Of a DNA stretch of 64,000 nucleotides, positions 49,096 through 63,489 are shown one piece after another (position 1 is the first letter of the stretch; the number at the start of each line of letters is the position of its first letter). Origin of the DNA: the human T2T-CHM13v2.0 reference genome, Homo sapiens. The DNA lies in assembly GCF_009914755.1 (NCBI RefSeq), contig NC_060927.1; one strand, 5' to 3'. A program made the position numbers and the translations under genes. Under the pieces are notes generated by a model. It had not been told where the DNA came from, did not search any database, and was given only the letters and a program-made list of their open reading frames with translations.

Positions 49096-49867
49096 TCAGC
49101 AATCAAGCCACCAACCCCCTCCCAGTATCATGCTGATATCTGGATTTCAGTCAAGTAAGAGAGAATGGAGGTGGTGGAACAAAGTACCACCAAGCAACCC
49201 GTACAGGGCAGGAGCCCTTTACCAACAGATGTCTACAAGCTACACTGCTCCAGGCCACACTCTGACACCCTCAAGTATGGGCAGCTTAACCCTGAGACCA
49301 GCCTTAAAAATAACATTTCTGTAAGTGCCATAAATCTAAAATAGAGAAGCTGTTTGCCATACTTAGGAATTCACAACAGCCAATCTGAAAATTAGAGATA
49401 ATGAAGGCTCTACACTTTTTAACCACATTTAGTCCTACCTGAAGCCAAATCTGGTTTAAGGGACAGATATATGCAACAAATTATTGTGTATTTTAACAAG
49501 CAACCACCAGTGAACAACTAGGGGGAAAGAGAAGTGTAGAATGCATCCCCCTTACAATCCAGTTTGGGTCACATAAACATCCACGGACACCACAAGAGGA
49601 AATATAAGTATTAAGCTGTGGGTATAGATGATACATGGTGTAGAAGTTAGAGAAAAGTGAGGGCTGGAAGGGCTAGAAAAGGCTCCACAGAAAACATGGA
49701 ATGTAAATTTAAAAAGAGCGAGGACCTGAACAAAAGAAAGTAAAGTGATATGCCTTGTGCAACAATAATGGGGGGCGGGGGGACGTATGGGATGCCTGAG
49801 GGATGGTGAGGTGACTGGCCTGAATGGAGCTCTCCTATGACCTGAGACCAGTCTCTTTACCTAGATA

Positions 49868-50485
<618 letters not shown>

Positions 50486-51648
50486 TAACGTGGTAAGAGC
50501 AAAACCCTTCCCTTGCCAAGGGAGACGGGATACAGTAAGAGCTATTCTGCTGAATAAACCAGCACGATGGAGCCCTTGAACCTACAGACACGGCTAATTC
50601 CAGTTGAGAGAGGCTCCTTTTACGGCCAGAGTTTTTAGAAACTTCTGGTAGATTAAAAAAAAAAAAAATCTCCTAGGCTTCCAGTTCCTATTAGGTGGCC
50701 AAATAAGGGTTTCATATAGCGAGTATGTCTGCCTGTTTCCATGTAAGTTGGAAAGTCATACTTATCCACCTGGAGCTATTCTGCAGAGCTAGCTGAATAC
50801 AGTTATTGGTTAGAAAAGAGAGCTGAGGGAGCCTTCTCACAAGGAGAGGTCACTGGGGGTGAGATGAAGCATGAAAACCATATGCTCAGAAAAAGGACGG
50901 CTGCTGACAGGGCACACACAGACTCAGCCCGTCTGTATTAAGTGTCTGCACTCTGCAGTGTAGGAAAACAGTGCAGAGAAGTGTGATGCGGGGAAAGAGG
51001 CATAAATAGGGGAGTGGCTGACTGCAGAAGCTACTGTTGTTACAAGGAGAGAAAAACTGCATGGGTACCACTGCTTTTCAAATCTAAAGATGGTTCTTAA
51101 TGTCTTTCATTTTCATTACCATTATTATCTTTGATATTTTAATAACAAGGCTTGACCTTATGGACATTTTATGAGACCATCTCAGCCTCCTGTCCTTCTC
51201 TGCAAAAATCACTAGTGCGTGGGTTGAGTTACTAGACTGACCAACAGATTTCTAAAATTGCAGTCTGAAAAAATCCATTTTGAGAACAATGAAATCCCTA
51301 TCGGGGGAGGGGCAGCAAAGTAGAGCCTGGAACACGATGATTCTCGTGTAGTTTCCTGCCATTGCTCTAGCACACAGCTGTAGAGTTCTACAGATACCAA
51401 ACAAGTTATTAGCAGCCATTAAGTCAATGGACAGATACTGCTAACAGAGTAAGCTAAGGGAACCAGTAAAAGACATCTGTCACATTTATTTATTGATAAG
51501 GGGATGAAAAGTTCAGAAAATTACAAGAAAAGGGTGCTAACAAGTCAGCCTGATTTAAGAAAAAGAAGATCTTGAAGCATCTGTGCTCAGCACAGGAACT
51601 CAGAGACTCAACATGTTTACTGGTTTTTTAAAAGATTAACTTAGTTAA

Positions 51649-52029
<381 letters not shown>

Positions 52030-52479
52030 AAAACTTCATTTTTTAATAACCATAATAAACACATTGAAGTATCAATGAGCTATTATTAACATATACATGA
52101 ATTATAGTTCCCAATGTAATCAAAGAAAATATACTTCTGTTTTTTTCTTTAATAATTACCTCTCATTTCTCCTGAAACTGTAGTTAAACCAGCCAATTTC
52201 AAAATTGGTGCCACTGAGGAAATCCAAAGCATTAGGGGAAGTAATGAGTTTAATATTTACAGGTAACTAGTGTGTCTACTTCATTGTCTGTCTAACTACT
52301 CCTGAATGGGGACAAGAAAACTAAGATGATGGTACCAAAATTCAACTTGAAGCTTTGTTCCTGAACCACCTCTTCCTTACAATAGTTGGGTTGTAAAATC
52401 TATAAAGGGAGTCATTCCACAGTAAGCATTAAACAGTAAAGAGAAAAAAGGGGTCCAGAGTACAATAAGACTATGAATG

Positions 52480-53130
52480 TGCTAGCTGTCAATTCACTGC
52501 CACTGAGCTCCAAATTTTGCCTTCCATATATGCTCTGCCGTAATGGACAGAATTGCTTTACAGTGAACGTGATGACACTTTCTTGGTGGAGGGTGCGGAG
52601 GACTCTGCAGGAGGAAGGGGCTCTGCCGCTGCTGGCTGCTGACAGTGTGAAGGGTCTGCGGGAGGTCTGCTCCAGCCATGCACCCAGAACGTGTGGTTCC
52701 TTGGCTCACTTACAGTCTTGGCTTGGCCTAGTGATAACCTCCCCATGCCCTCTCCACAAGGCAACCAATATTCTGAAGACCTCCTGCCCACACTAAGCTT
52801 CTGCTCCCTCTACACAGCCACACCATTAGTTGCTGATTGCCTGTGCCCACCTGCACTGCAGAGGGCCGCTTCCTGCTTGCCAAGCAACTGCAGACCAGTA
52901 CAACCTGGGGAAGCAGTGCGTTTCTCTGCTGTCCTTTGGGCTGAACCCCCAGCCTTGGTGAAAGGACCTCCTTCCCACTTTGTCTTTCCTTGGGTATTCT
53001 CCCAAGGCCCTGGGGGACTGCATAGAATTTCCTTAATTTCTCAGAGTTTAATAATACTCTCTATTAAACTTCCTCCCCATTTAATCCACTGTGTGGTTTC
53101 CATCTCTTGTTTGGTCTTAAATTGATTCAA
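52480..53130. mobile_element. Possible old ERVL-type LTR
   Basis: GC-richer 650 bp block in AT-rich intron, ending attaaac...tgtgtggtttccatctc...tgattca. Confidence 0.3.
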
Positions 53131-53213
53131 TGACCAAGGTATGGGATTTCTTACAGTAGTAATTTTGATTGTCTACTGAGAAAATAACATTAAGAAGTAG
53201 TTTATATATTTGG

Positions 53214-53262
53214 AACCTATACTAATAAGATAATAAATGTCATATATTAAAATGCTACTAAT
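53214..53262 (+). repeat. ~48 bp direct repeat, copy 1 (copy 2 at 54261-54308)
   Basis: aacctatactaata(a)gataataaatg..at.tattaaaatgctactaat in both places. Confidence 0.88.
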
Positions 53263-54260
53263 TCTTTAGATGTTTATAACTGGACATATTAACAAGTTTA
53301 ATATTAACGGAGGAAGACTTTAGAAGAATGTATACTAAAACCTATTTTTTAAAGAACATTGTCTTTGTTACTTGAATATTCTATCTCAATAATATCAAAA
53401 ATAACTAAGTGAAGCCAAGAGAGCTTACTGAATATCCTTGATTATTCGCCCCCAAAGGAATGGCATATAAAACTACTGAGTTAAAAGTGCTTTTCCTGAA
53501 AGAACAAGCTTAGGAAAAGAACTGTGAATCCAGTCTTCATAATAGATGAACACATGTTAATCTTAATTCCAGAGTGAAAAACTTTAGCAGCTAGGTGACA
53601 GTAACATTCAGTAGCCTTATGAATGAGAGCAGAGCATCATGGCTGGCCAAGGATAATACAGCTCTTTTCCCAGGAACCTGGAATAAGCCCTTGAAGAGAA
53701 AAGAGACAGGGAGGAAGCACCCCTGCCTATAACGCATGTGGAACACAGAAGGCAGAAACAACCACGTGAGAAAAGAAATGCTGATTCACATGTGACGTTC
53801 TAGACAAAACTGGAGCAGTATGTAAAACCTAAGACATTCGGCACTGGGTTGGGTGCTGTGGAGCTTTATACCTATTTGTCCACGTTATGTGTGTAGAAAC
53901 TTACAATTACAGCAGATAACTTTATGGTTTTAGCCTGATAATATCAATGAGATTGGGTAATATGACAATGTAGGTTTTCAAGACCAAATAAGATTTCCAT
54001 GCATGATGGGGTTTTTAAGATTATCACTTGACAATATAATGGATAAAAGGTACCACCAGCACAAACATAACCCTTGCAGAGAGACAAAGCCATAAGCCTG
54101 CAGGGGAAAGGCTGTGGCTAAAAAACACTGCCAGAGACGCCAGCCCCACAGCAAGGATGAAGCCTGTCCAGGTACAGCTGTTCTGGATATGCCTAGGCTA
54201 AAACTATCCTGGGAATTATCCATGCAGATGGCTGGCTCAAAGAGGTCCCCAGCTGTTCTT

Positions 54261-54308
54261 AACCTATACTAATAGATAATAAATGCTATGTATTAAAATG
54301 CTACTAAT
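54261..54308 (+). repeat. ~48 bp direct repeat, copy 2
   Basis: Matches 53214-53262. Confidence 0.88.
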
Positions 54309-54692
54309 CCCCAATTGGGGAATACATTTAATGTTGCTAATAAAAACCAAATAGAATTTCTGTGAATCCTTTACAGACTATGAGCCTAAAATGCCAGATG
54401 AGATCTCATGGATGGTTTCAAAGACATTAATTAGGATTTCATTACTTTGGTCTGGAATACAAGCAGGGCACATTTCAAACAAGTAGGTCCTAGAGCCTAT
54501 TGATTAATGCTAATAACTCAGAAAATCTACAGTTTTCCCATAAAATCTCAAAGGATTACAAAATGTGATGAAGGCAGAAAGCATCTCCCTTTACAGTTGA
54601 TATTTTTATGAATCCACAGAGAAAAAAATGTATTCATATATCATACTGTCTGAGAACTAATTTCAAAACTACTCATTTTACTGTGTGGTAGA

Positions 54693-55036
54693 TGTGATGG
54701 TTAATTTTATATGTCAACTTTGAGGGTGCTTTGAATGAGATTAACATTTAAATCAGTGAAGTCTGAGTAAGCCAACTGCCCTTCATAATGTGGGTGGGCC
54801 CCATCCAAACAGTTGAAGGCCTGAATAGAACAGAAATACCAGCTTCCCAAGCAAGAGAAAAATCTCCAGTGATTTCCCGTGGGCGTCATCCACACTGTCA
54901 GCTCTCCAGGGTCTCCGGCCTGTCTGCTGGCCCACACTGCAGATTTGGACTTACCAGTCTCTATAATCACGTGAGCCAATTCCTTACGATCAGCCAATAC
55001 CCATCTATCTCTGTTTCTCTGGAAAACACTAATATA
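54693..55036 (+). mobile_element. MLT2-type ERVL LTR
   Basis: tgtgatggttaattttatatgtcaactt...catccaaacagttgaaggcctgaatagaac...ctgtttctctgga. Confidence 0.85.
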
Positions 55037-57444
55037 GTGGAACTCATTTTACCTGCAGTGTTAAGATATAGCCATAACACTATAATCCAATATGACCAAT
55101 TTTAATTTTAAGACATGGGGAGAGTGTAAGCAACATGGAAAACATAATTCAGGATATCATCCGGGAGAACTTTCCCAAGTTAGCTATAGAGGCCAACATT
55201 CAAATTCAGGAAATGCAGAGAACCCCAGTAAGCTACTTCACAAGAGGATCATCCCCAACACACACAATCAGCAGATTCTCCAAAGTTGAAAGAAAAAATG
55301 TTAAAGGCAGCTAGACAGAAAGGTCAGGTCACTTACAAAGGGAAGTCCATCAGACTAACTGTGGACTTCTCAGCAGAAACTCTACAAGCCAGAAGAGACT
55401 GGGGGCCAATATTTAACATTCTTAAAGAAAAATTCCAACACAGAATTTCATATCCAGGCAAACTAAGCTTCATAAGTGAAGGAGAAATAAGATCCTTTTC
55501 AGACAAGCAAATGCTGAGATAATTCATTACCACCAGATCTGCCTTACAAGAGCTCCTGAAGGAAGGAGTAAATATGGAAAGACCATTGCCAGCCACTACA
55601 AAAACACACTGAAGGACACAGACCAGTGACACTATAAAGTAACCACATAAACAAGTCTAAAATAACCAGCTAACAGCATGATAGCAGGATCAGATCCACA
55701 CATGTCAATACTAACCTTGAATGTAAACGGGCTACATGCCCCAATTAAAGGGCACAGAGTGGCAAGCTGGATAAGAACCAAGACCCATTATTATGCTGTC
55801 TTCAAGAGACCCATCTCACATGCAATGACACCTACAGGCTCAAAATAAAGGCATGGAGAAAAATCTACCAAGCAAATGGAAAACAGAAAAAGCAGGGGAT
55901 GCAACCCTAATTTCACATAAAACACCCTTTCAACCAACACAGATTTTTAAAAAGGGCATTACATAATGGTAAAGGATTCAATTTAGCAAGAAGACGTAAC
56001 TATCCTAAATGTATATGCACCCAACACAGGAGCACCCAGATTCACAAAGCAAGTTCTTAGAGACCTAAAGAGACTGAGACTTCCACACAAGAATAGTGAG
56101 AGACTTCAACACCCCACCAACAGTATTAGATCACCGAGGCAAAAAATTAAAAAAGATACTCAGGACCTGAACTCAGTAGTGGATCAAATGGACCTGATAG
56201 ACATCTACATTACCTCTCCACCCCAAAACAGAATATACAGTTTTCTCATTGCCACATGAAACATACTCTAAAATCAATCACATAATCGGACATAAAACAC
56301 ACTCAGCAAATGCAAAATAACTGAAATCAAAACAACCACACTCTCGGACCACAGAGCAATCAAACTGGAAATCAAAACTAAGAAATTCTGTCAAAACCAT
56401 ACAATTATATGGAAGTTGAATAACCTGCTCCTGAGTGAATTTTGGGTAAATAATGAAATTTAGGCAGAAAAAGAAATTCTTTGAAACCAATGAAAACAAA
56501 GATACAACATACCAGAATCCCTGGGACACAGCTAAGACAGTGTTAAGAGGGAAATGTATAGCACTAAATACCCATATCAAAAACTTAGATCTCAATTTAA
56601 AAACCTAACATCACAACTAAATGAACTAGAAAACCAAGAGCAAGCCAATCCCAAAGCTAGCAGAAGACAAGAAACAACCAAAATCAGAGCTGAACTAAAA
56701 CAGCTTTAGACATGAAAAACCATCCAAAACCTCAATGGGTCCTGGAGTTGGTTTTTTGAAAAAAAAAAATTAACAAAATAGATCACTACCTAGACTAATA
56801 AAGAAGAGAGTAGATCCAAATAAACACAATTAGAAATGGCAAAGGGCATATTACAAATGAACTCACAGAAATACAAATAACCATCAGAGAATATTATGAA
56901 CACCTCTACACACATAAACTAGAAAACCTGTAAAAAATGGATAAATTCCTGGACACATCCTCCCGAGACTGAGCCAGGAAGAAATGGAATTGCTGAATAG
57001 ACTAGTAACAAGCTCTGAAATTTAATCGGTAATAAATAGCCCACCAATTAAAAAAAGCCCAGGACCAGAGGGATTCACAGGCAAATTCTATCAGATATAT
57101 AAAGATGAGCTGGTACCATTCCTACTGAAACTATTCCAATAAATTAAGGAAGAAGGACTCCTCCCTAACTTATTCTATGAGGCCAGCATCATCCTGATAC
57201 CAAAACCTGGCAGACACAACAAAAAAAGAAAACTTCAGGCCAATATCCTTGATGAACATCAATGCAAAAATCCTCAACAAAATACTCGCAAACCAAATCC
57301 AACAGGACATCAAAATGCTTATCCACCACGATCAAGTAGGCTTTGTCCCTGGAATGCAAGTTTGGATCAACATACACACACAAATCAAAAAATATGATTC
57401 ATCACATAACTAAAGACAACCACACAATTATCTCAATAGATGCA

Positions 57445-57836
57445 CGCATTCATCCATTCTTGCACTACTATAGAGAACTACCTGAGACTGGGTAATTTAC
57501 AGAGAAAAGAGGTTTAATTGGCTCATGGTTTTGCAGAATGAACAGGCGTCTGCTTCTGGGGAGGTCTCAGGAAACTTACAATCATGGTGGAAGGTGAATG
57601 GGAAGCAGGTACATTTTCACATGGCTGGCAGGAGAGAAAGTGATGGAGGAGGTGCTATACACCTTCAAACAGCCAGATCTGGTAAGAACTCTGTCAACGA
57701 GACAACACTAGGGGGATGGTGCTAAACCATTAGAAACCAGCCCCATGATCCAATCACCTCCCACCAAGCCCCATCTCCAACATGGGGATTACAATTCTAC
57801 ATGAGATTTGGGTGGGGGCACAGCCAAACCATATCA
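57445..57836 (-). mobile_element. MSTA/THE1-like solo LTR in L1
   Basis: Ends cacagccaaaccatatca; perfect TSD atgca. Confidence 0.9.
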
Positions 57837-58954
57837 ATGCAGAAAAAGGCTTTCAATAAAGTTCAACATTCCTTCATGTTAAAAACTCTCAATTAACTAG
57901 GTATTGAAGGAAAATACCTCAAAATAATAAGAACCATCTATGACAAACCCACAGCGATCATCATACTGAATGGGTAAAAGGTAAGGCATTCTTAATGAAA
58001 ACCAACACAAGACAAGGATGCCCTCTCTTACCACTCCTATTCAACATAGAATTGAAAGTCCAGGCAGATCAGGCAAGAGAAAGAATGAAAGGGCATCCAT
58101 ACAGGAAGAGAGGAAATCAAACTATCCCTGTTTGCAGACAACACGATCCTATATCTAGAAAACCCCACAGTCTCGGCCCAAAAGCTCCTTCAGCTAATAA
58201 ACAACTTCAGCAAAGTCTCAGGATACAAATTCAATGTACAGAAATGATTAGCATTCCTATATACCAAAAACAGGCCAACAGCCAAATCAGAAACACAATC
58301 CCATTCACAATTGACACAAAAAATTAACCAGGAATATAGCTAACCAGGGAGGTGAAAGATCTCTCCAAGGAGAACTACAAAATACTGCTCAAAGAAATCA
58401 GAGATGACACAAACAAATGGGAAAACATTCCATGCTTGTTATTAGAAAGAATCAGTTTCATTAAAATGGCCATACTGCCCAAAGCAATTTATAGATTCAA
58501 TGCTATTCCTATCAAACTACAAATGACATTCTTCACAGAACTAGAAAATCTATTTTAAAATGCACTGGAACCAAAAACGAGCCCGAATAGACAAGGCAAT
58601 GCTAAGCAAAAAGAACAAAGCTGGAGGCATCATGCTACCTGATTTCAAACTCTACTACAGGGTTATAGTAACCAAAACAGCAAGACACTGGTACAAAAAC
58701 GGACACACAGACCAATGAAACAGAATAGAGCCCCAAAATAAGGCCACACACCTGCAACTATCTAATCTTCTACAAAGTTGATAAAAACAAGCAATGGGGA
58801 AAGGAATCCTTATTCAATAAATGATGCTTAGATAACTGGCTACCCATATGCAGAAGACTGAATAAACCCCTTCTTTACACCATATACAAAAATTAACTCA
58901 AGATAGATAAAAGACTTAAATGTAAAACCCAAAACTATAAAAACCCTGGAAGAC

Positions 58955-59243
58955 GGCCAGGCATGGCAGTGGCTCATGCCTGTAATCCCAGCACTTTGGG
59001 AGGCTGAGGTGAGTGGATCACCTGAGGTCAGGGGTTCGAGACCAGCCTGGCCAACATGGTGAAACCCCATCTCTACTAAAAATACAAAAATTAGCCAGGC
59101 GTGGTGGCACCTGCCTGTAATCCCAGCTACTCAGGAGGCTGAGGCAAGAGAATCATTTGAATCTGGGAGGCGGAGGTTGCAGTGAACAGAGATTGTGCCA
59201 CTGCATACCAGCCTGGGCCACAGAGTGAGGCTCTGTCTCAAAC
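58955..59243 (+). mobile_element. AluS in L1, almost no A tail
   Basis: TSD aaaccctggaagac. Confidence 0.95.
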
Positions 59244-59649
59244 AAACCCTGGAAGACAACCTAGGCAATACCATTCTGGACATAGGAACGGGCAAAGATT
59301 TCATGACAAAGACACGAAAAGCAATTGCAACAAAAGCAAAAATAGACAAACGGGATTAATTAGAAAGCTTCTACACAGCAAAAGAAACTATCAACGGAGT
59401 AAACAGACCACATACAGCATGGGAGAAGATTTTTGCAAACTATACATCTGACGAAGGTCTAATATCCATCATCGAGAAGAAACTTAAATTTACAAGAAAA
59501 AAAAACCATTAAAAAGTGGGCAAAAAACATGAACAGACACTTTTCAAAAGAAGTCATACACGCAGCCAACAAGCATATGAAAAAAAGCTCAACATCACTG
59601 ATCATTACAGAAATGCAAATCAAAACCACAATGAGATACCATCTCACAC

Positions 59650-60277
59650 TGAGGGAGAAGAAAAGGAAAAATCATTTAGGTAAACAGTTAAGACTGGTCC
59701 TCGGAGAAGCAGCCTGCCTGAAAAATCATGGCTACAGGCAAAAATAGAGCAGCCTGGGGAAAACTCAGGCTGCACCTGCAGAGATAAGCAGGTAAGATCC
59801 AACACAGAAGCCTTTTGTTCTTTGTGTGATTAGTGGGCTCCCAGGAAAAAGGCTCCTGTCCCTTTCAGGCATATACATGGTGGGCTCTGTGGGAACCTGC
59901 ACAGGGAGGAGGGGGACTTACCTAAAAGAAACCCACAGTTATACAAACAAGAGAAAGGGTGCTTTGTGCATGCCTAGAGACATACGCACAACTACACAGA
60001 TAAGGGAGAGTTATGCAGACAGCTTTTCAGATAAGAGAAGTTACTCAAACAGCTACAGAGATGACAGGAGTTTCTTATAAAAGCTTTTGAGTTCAACTGT
60101 AAAACGGCAATCCACTCTGGCTCCCCCCTCCGCTGTGGACAGCTTTCTTCTTTTGCTTATTAAACTTTCCCTCCAACCTCATCCTTTGTGTCCATGCTCC
60201 TTAATTCTCTTGGTTGTGAGATGATGAGCTTGGGTAACACCTTAAGACAACAAGACCAGTAACCCTGACCTGTTTCA
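59650..60277 (+). mobile_element. ERV1 solo LTR (MER50-like) in L1
   Basis: TG...CA ends, tataaaa and attaaa motifs, 4-bp TSD acac; L1 resumes on both sides. Confidence 0.8.
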
Positions 60278-61196
60278 ACACCAGTCAGAATGGCTATTAT
60301 TAAAAAGTCAAAGAATAACAGGTGTTGGAGAGGTTGCAGAGAAAAAGGAATGCTTATACACTGTTGGTGGGAGTGTAAATTAGTTCAATCATTGTGGAAA
60401 ACTGTGTGGCAATTCCTCAAAGACCTAAAAACAGAACTGCCATTTGACCCAGCAATCCCATTACTAGGTAAATACCCAAAGGAATATAAAATCATTCTAT
60501 CATAAAGACACATGCATGCATATGTTCACTGCAGCACTGTTCACAGTAGCAACAACATGGAATCAACCCAAATGCCCATCAATGATAGACTGGATAAAGA
60601 AAAAGTGGTACACATACACCATGGAAAACTATGCAGCCATAAAAAAGAATGAGATCAAGTCCTTTGCAGAGAGATGGATGGAGCTGGAGGCCATTATCCT
60701 TAGCAAACTAATGCAGAAACAGAAAACCAAATACCGCATGTTCTTAGTGGAAGTGAAATGATGAGAACACATGGACACATAGAGGGGAACAACACACACT
60801 GCATACCAGAAGGTGGAGGGTAGGAGGAGGGAAAGGATCATGAAAAATAACTAATAGGTACTAGGTTTAATACCTGGGTGATGAAATAATTGGTACAACG
60901 AACTCCTATGGCATAAATTTACCTTTATAACAAACCTGCACACATACCCCTGAACTTAAAAAATAAATATCCAGCAACTAACAAGGTAAAATTCACAATG
61001 CTGACAACCAATTAAAGATTACCAGACATATCAAATAAGGAGAAAATACAACTAATAATGTAGAAAGTATCAATTAAAATCTACCCAGAACTGACACAAA
61101 TGTTAAAATTAGCAAATATACTAAAACAATGACTACAACTGTATTCTATATGTTCAATAGGTTAAGTAGATGTTAGGACAACTGGATATCCACATG

Positions 61197-61707
61197 TGTT
61201 GGGAGCAGGCCCCCCAAAATCTGGCCATAAACTGGCCCCAAAACTGGCCATACACAAAATCTCTGCAGCACTGTGACATGTTCATGATGGTCATAACACC
61301 CATGCTGGAAGGTTGTGGGTTTACGGGAATGAGGGCAAGGAACACCTGGCCCACTCAGGGTGGAAAACCGCTTAAAGCCATTCTTAAGCCACAAACAATA
61401 GCATGAGCGATCTGTGCCTTAAGGACATGCTCCTGCTGCAGTTAACTAGCCCAACCTATTCCTTTCATTCGGCCCATCCCTTCATTTCCCATAAGGGATA
61501 CTTTCAGTTAAGTTAATATCTACAGAAACAATGCTAATGGCTGGCTTGCTGTTAATAAATATGTGGGTAAATGTCTGTTTGGGGCTCTCAGCTCTGCAGG
61601 CTGTGAGACCCCTGATTTCCCACTTCACACCTCTATATTTCTCTGTGTGTTTTTAATTCCTCTAGTGCCGCTGGGTTAGGGTCTCCCCAACCGAGCTGGT
61701 CTCGGCA
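61197..61707 (+). mobile_element. MER9 LTR (5' LTR of HERV-K HML-3)
   Basis: tgttgggagcaggccccccaaaatctggccataaactggcccc...gagctggtctcggca; followed by a primer-binding site. Confidence 0.92.
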
Positions 61708-61709
61708 AA

Positions 61710-61727
61710 TGGCATCCATCGTGGGGG
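61710..61727 (+). promoter_or_regulatory. tRNA-Lys primer binding site (degenerate)
   Basis: tggcatccatcgtggggg vs tRNA-Lys PBS tggcgcccaacgtggggc, 2 nt after the LTR. Confidence 0.8.
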
Positions 61728-61857
61728 CTCGAATCCAGGTCGAAGGGTCGCTGGAGCGATGGTTGGAGAATGTGGAACTAGCTGGAGGACACCAGAGTAC
61801 TCTTAAAGCAATCCCTGTGGTGAGTAAGAAGGGGAGCTTGGAAGCGTCAGGGTAACA

Positions 61858-62695
61858 ATGGGATAAGTGTGGGGTGTGGTTTGTTCCACCTTGGAACTTT
61901 TTCACACTGATGATGAGGAGGAAGGAGAGTATAGCAAAGTAACAGAAGAGGTTACAGAGCATATTTATTTACCAGCTAAAGTGGCAAAGGAAGGAGAGGT
62001 TCATCCCTATCCTTCTGCACCCCCTCATTATTATTTTGAAGAAAAAGACCCTCCATATCTTTCTTTTCCAGAGGACACTGGGTGAAAAGTAGTTGCCCCA
62101 GTGATTGTTCGAGCAGCGCCTCGAGCAACCGCTCTAAGTTTTATTCAGGCAGGAATTCAGCAAGCTAGATGAGAGAGTGATTTAGAGGCTTGGCAGTTCC
62201 CTGTTAGAATACACCCCCCAGATCAACAGGGAAATATTATAGCTACATTTGAGCCTTTTCCTTTTAAATTCAGGAAAGCACATTTAGTTGATTACATCAA
62301 GGCCTGTGATGGTATTGGAGGTAATCTGCATAAGGCTACTCTGCTAGCACAGGCAATGGCAGGACTGAGAGTGGATAAAGGAAATACTCCATTTCCTGGA
62401 GCTTCTTTTAACTGTGGGAAGCACGGTCATACTAAAAAAGAATGTGGAAAAAATCAGCAAGTCAGGCCGCCAGTTGAGGGAAAAAAAGAAAACTGCTGAG
62501 CCTGAAATATGTCCAAAATGTAAAAAAGGAAAACACTGGGCTAATCAGTGTCACTCTAAGTTTGATAAAGATGGGAACCTGATTTTGGGAAACACCATGA
62601 GGGCCCGTCCCAGGCCCCATTCTAAACCGGGGCCTTTCCGGCTCAGGCCATTCCCTCACCCCTGTACAATGTCTGTCCCCCGCCACAGCCGGTAG
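61858..62695 (+). pseudogene. HML-3 gag remnant (stops, deletions)
   Basis: ATG GGA TAA start; capsid end DYIKACDGIGG; knuckles [14 protein letters not shown] and [14 protein letters not shown]. Confidence 0.88.
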
Positions 62696-63489
62696 TGCCG
62701 CAGTAGATCTATGCTACACAAAAGCTGTGAGCCTTCTGCCTGGGGAACCCCCCGCAAAAAGTTCCAACAGGGCTCTGTGGACCCTTGCCAGCAGGGACGA
62801 TAGGATTACTTTTAGGAAGGTCTAGTTTAAATTTAAAAGGAGTGCAAACACATACAGGAGTCATTGACTCAGATTACAATGAGGAAATTCAAATTGTTAC
62901 ATCTACTTCTGTTCCCTGGAAAGCAGAGCCAGGACAGTGTATAGCACAGCTCCTGATTGTGCCGTATGTGGACATGGGGAAAAGTGAAATTAAACAAACA
63001 GGAGGATTTGGAAGCACAAATAAACAAGACAAAGCAGCTTATTGGGTAAATCAAATTACTAATAAACACCCTACCTGTGAAATAACTATTCAGGGAAAGA
63101 AATTTAAAGGTTTGGTAGATACAGGAGCGGACATTTCAATCATTTCTCTATAGCACTGGCCGTCCACGTGGCCAATTCAACCTACTCAATTTAACATAGC
63201 TGGAGTTGGTAAAGCCCCTGAAGTATATCAAAGTAGTTATATCTTGCATTGTGAAGGGCCCGATGGACAACCTGGGACTATTCAACCAATTATAACTTCC
63301 GTACCTATAAATCTATGGGGGAGAGATTTATTACAACAATGGGGAGCACAAGTTCTAATTCCAGAACAATTATATAGCCCTCAAAGGCAACATATGATGC
63401 GTGAAATGGGGTATGTCCCTGGTATGGGACTAGAAAAAAATTTGCAAGGTTTGAAAGAACCACTTCAAGTGGAAAAACAAAGTTCCTGA
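62587..63489 (+). pseudogene. HML-3 pro remnant: dUTPase, protease, G-patch
   Basis: GGGAAAC slippery heptamer at 62587; GRSSL and GVIDSDY (dUTPase), LVDTGAD (protease), INLWGRDLL, MGYVPGMGL (G-patch); internal stop. Confidence 0.9.

Larger units (their letters stand above)
55110..60965 (+). mobile_element. Old primate L1 (L1PA13-16/L1PB-like): 3' ORF1, ORF2, 3'UTR; decayed; three nested insertions
   Basis: ORF1 piece KGQVTYKGKSIRLTVDFSAETLQARRDWGPIF; ORF2 pieces TRQGCPL and [16 protein letters not shown]; 3' end aacaaacctgcacacatacccctgaacttaaaa. Confidence 0.93.

Noticed and set aside
55110-60965. Potentially active L1
   Set aside because: 5' truncated, many stops and frameshifts, three insertions
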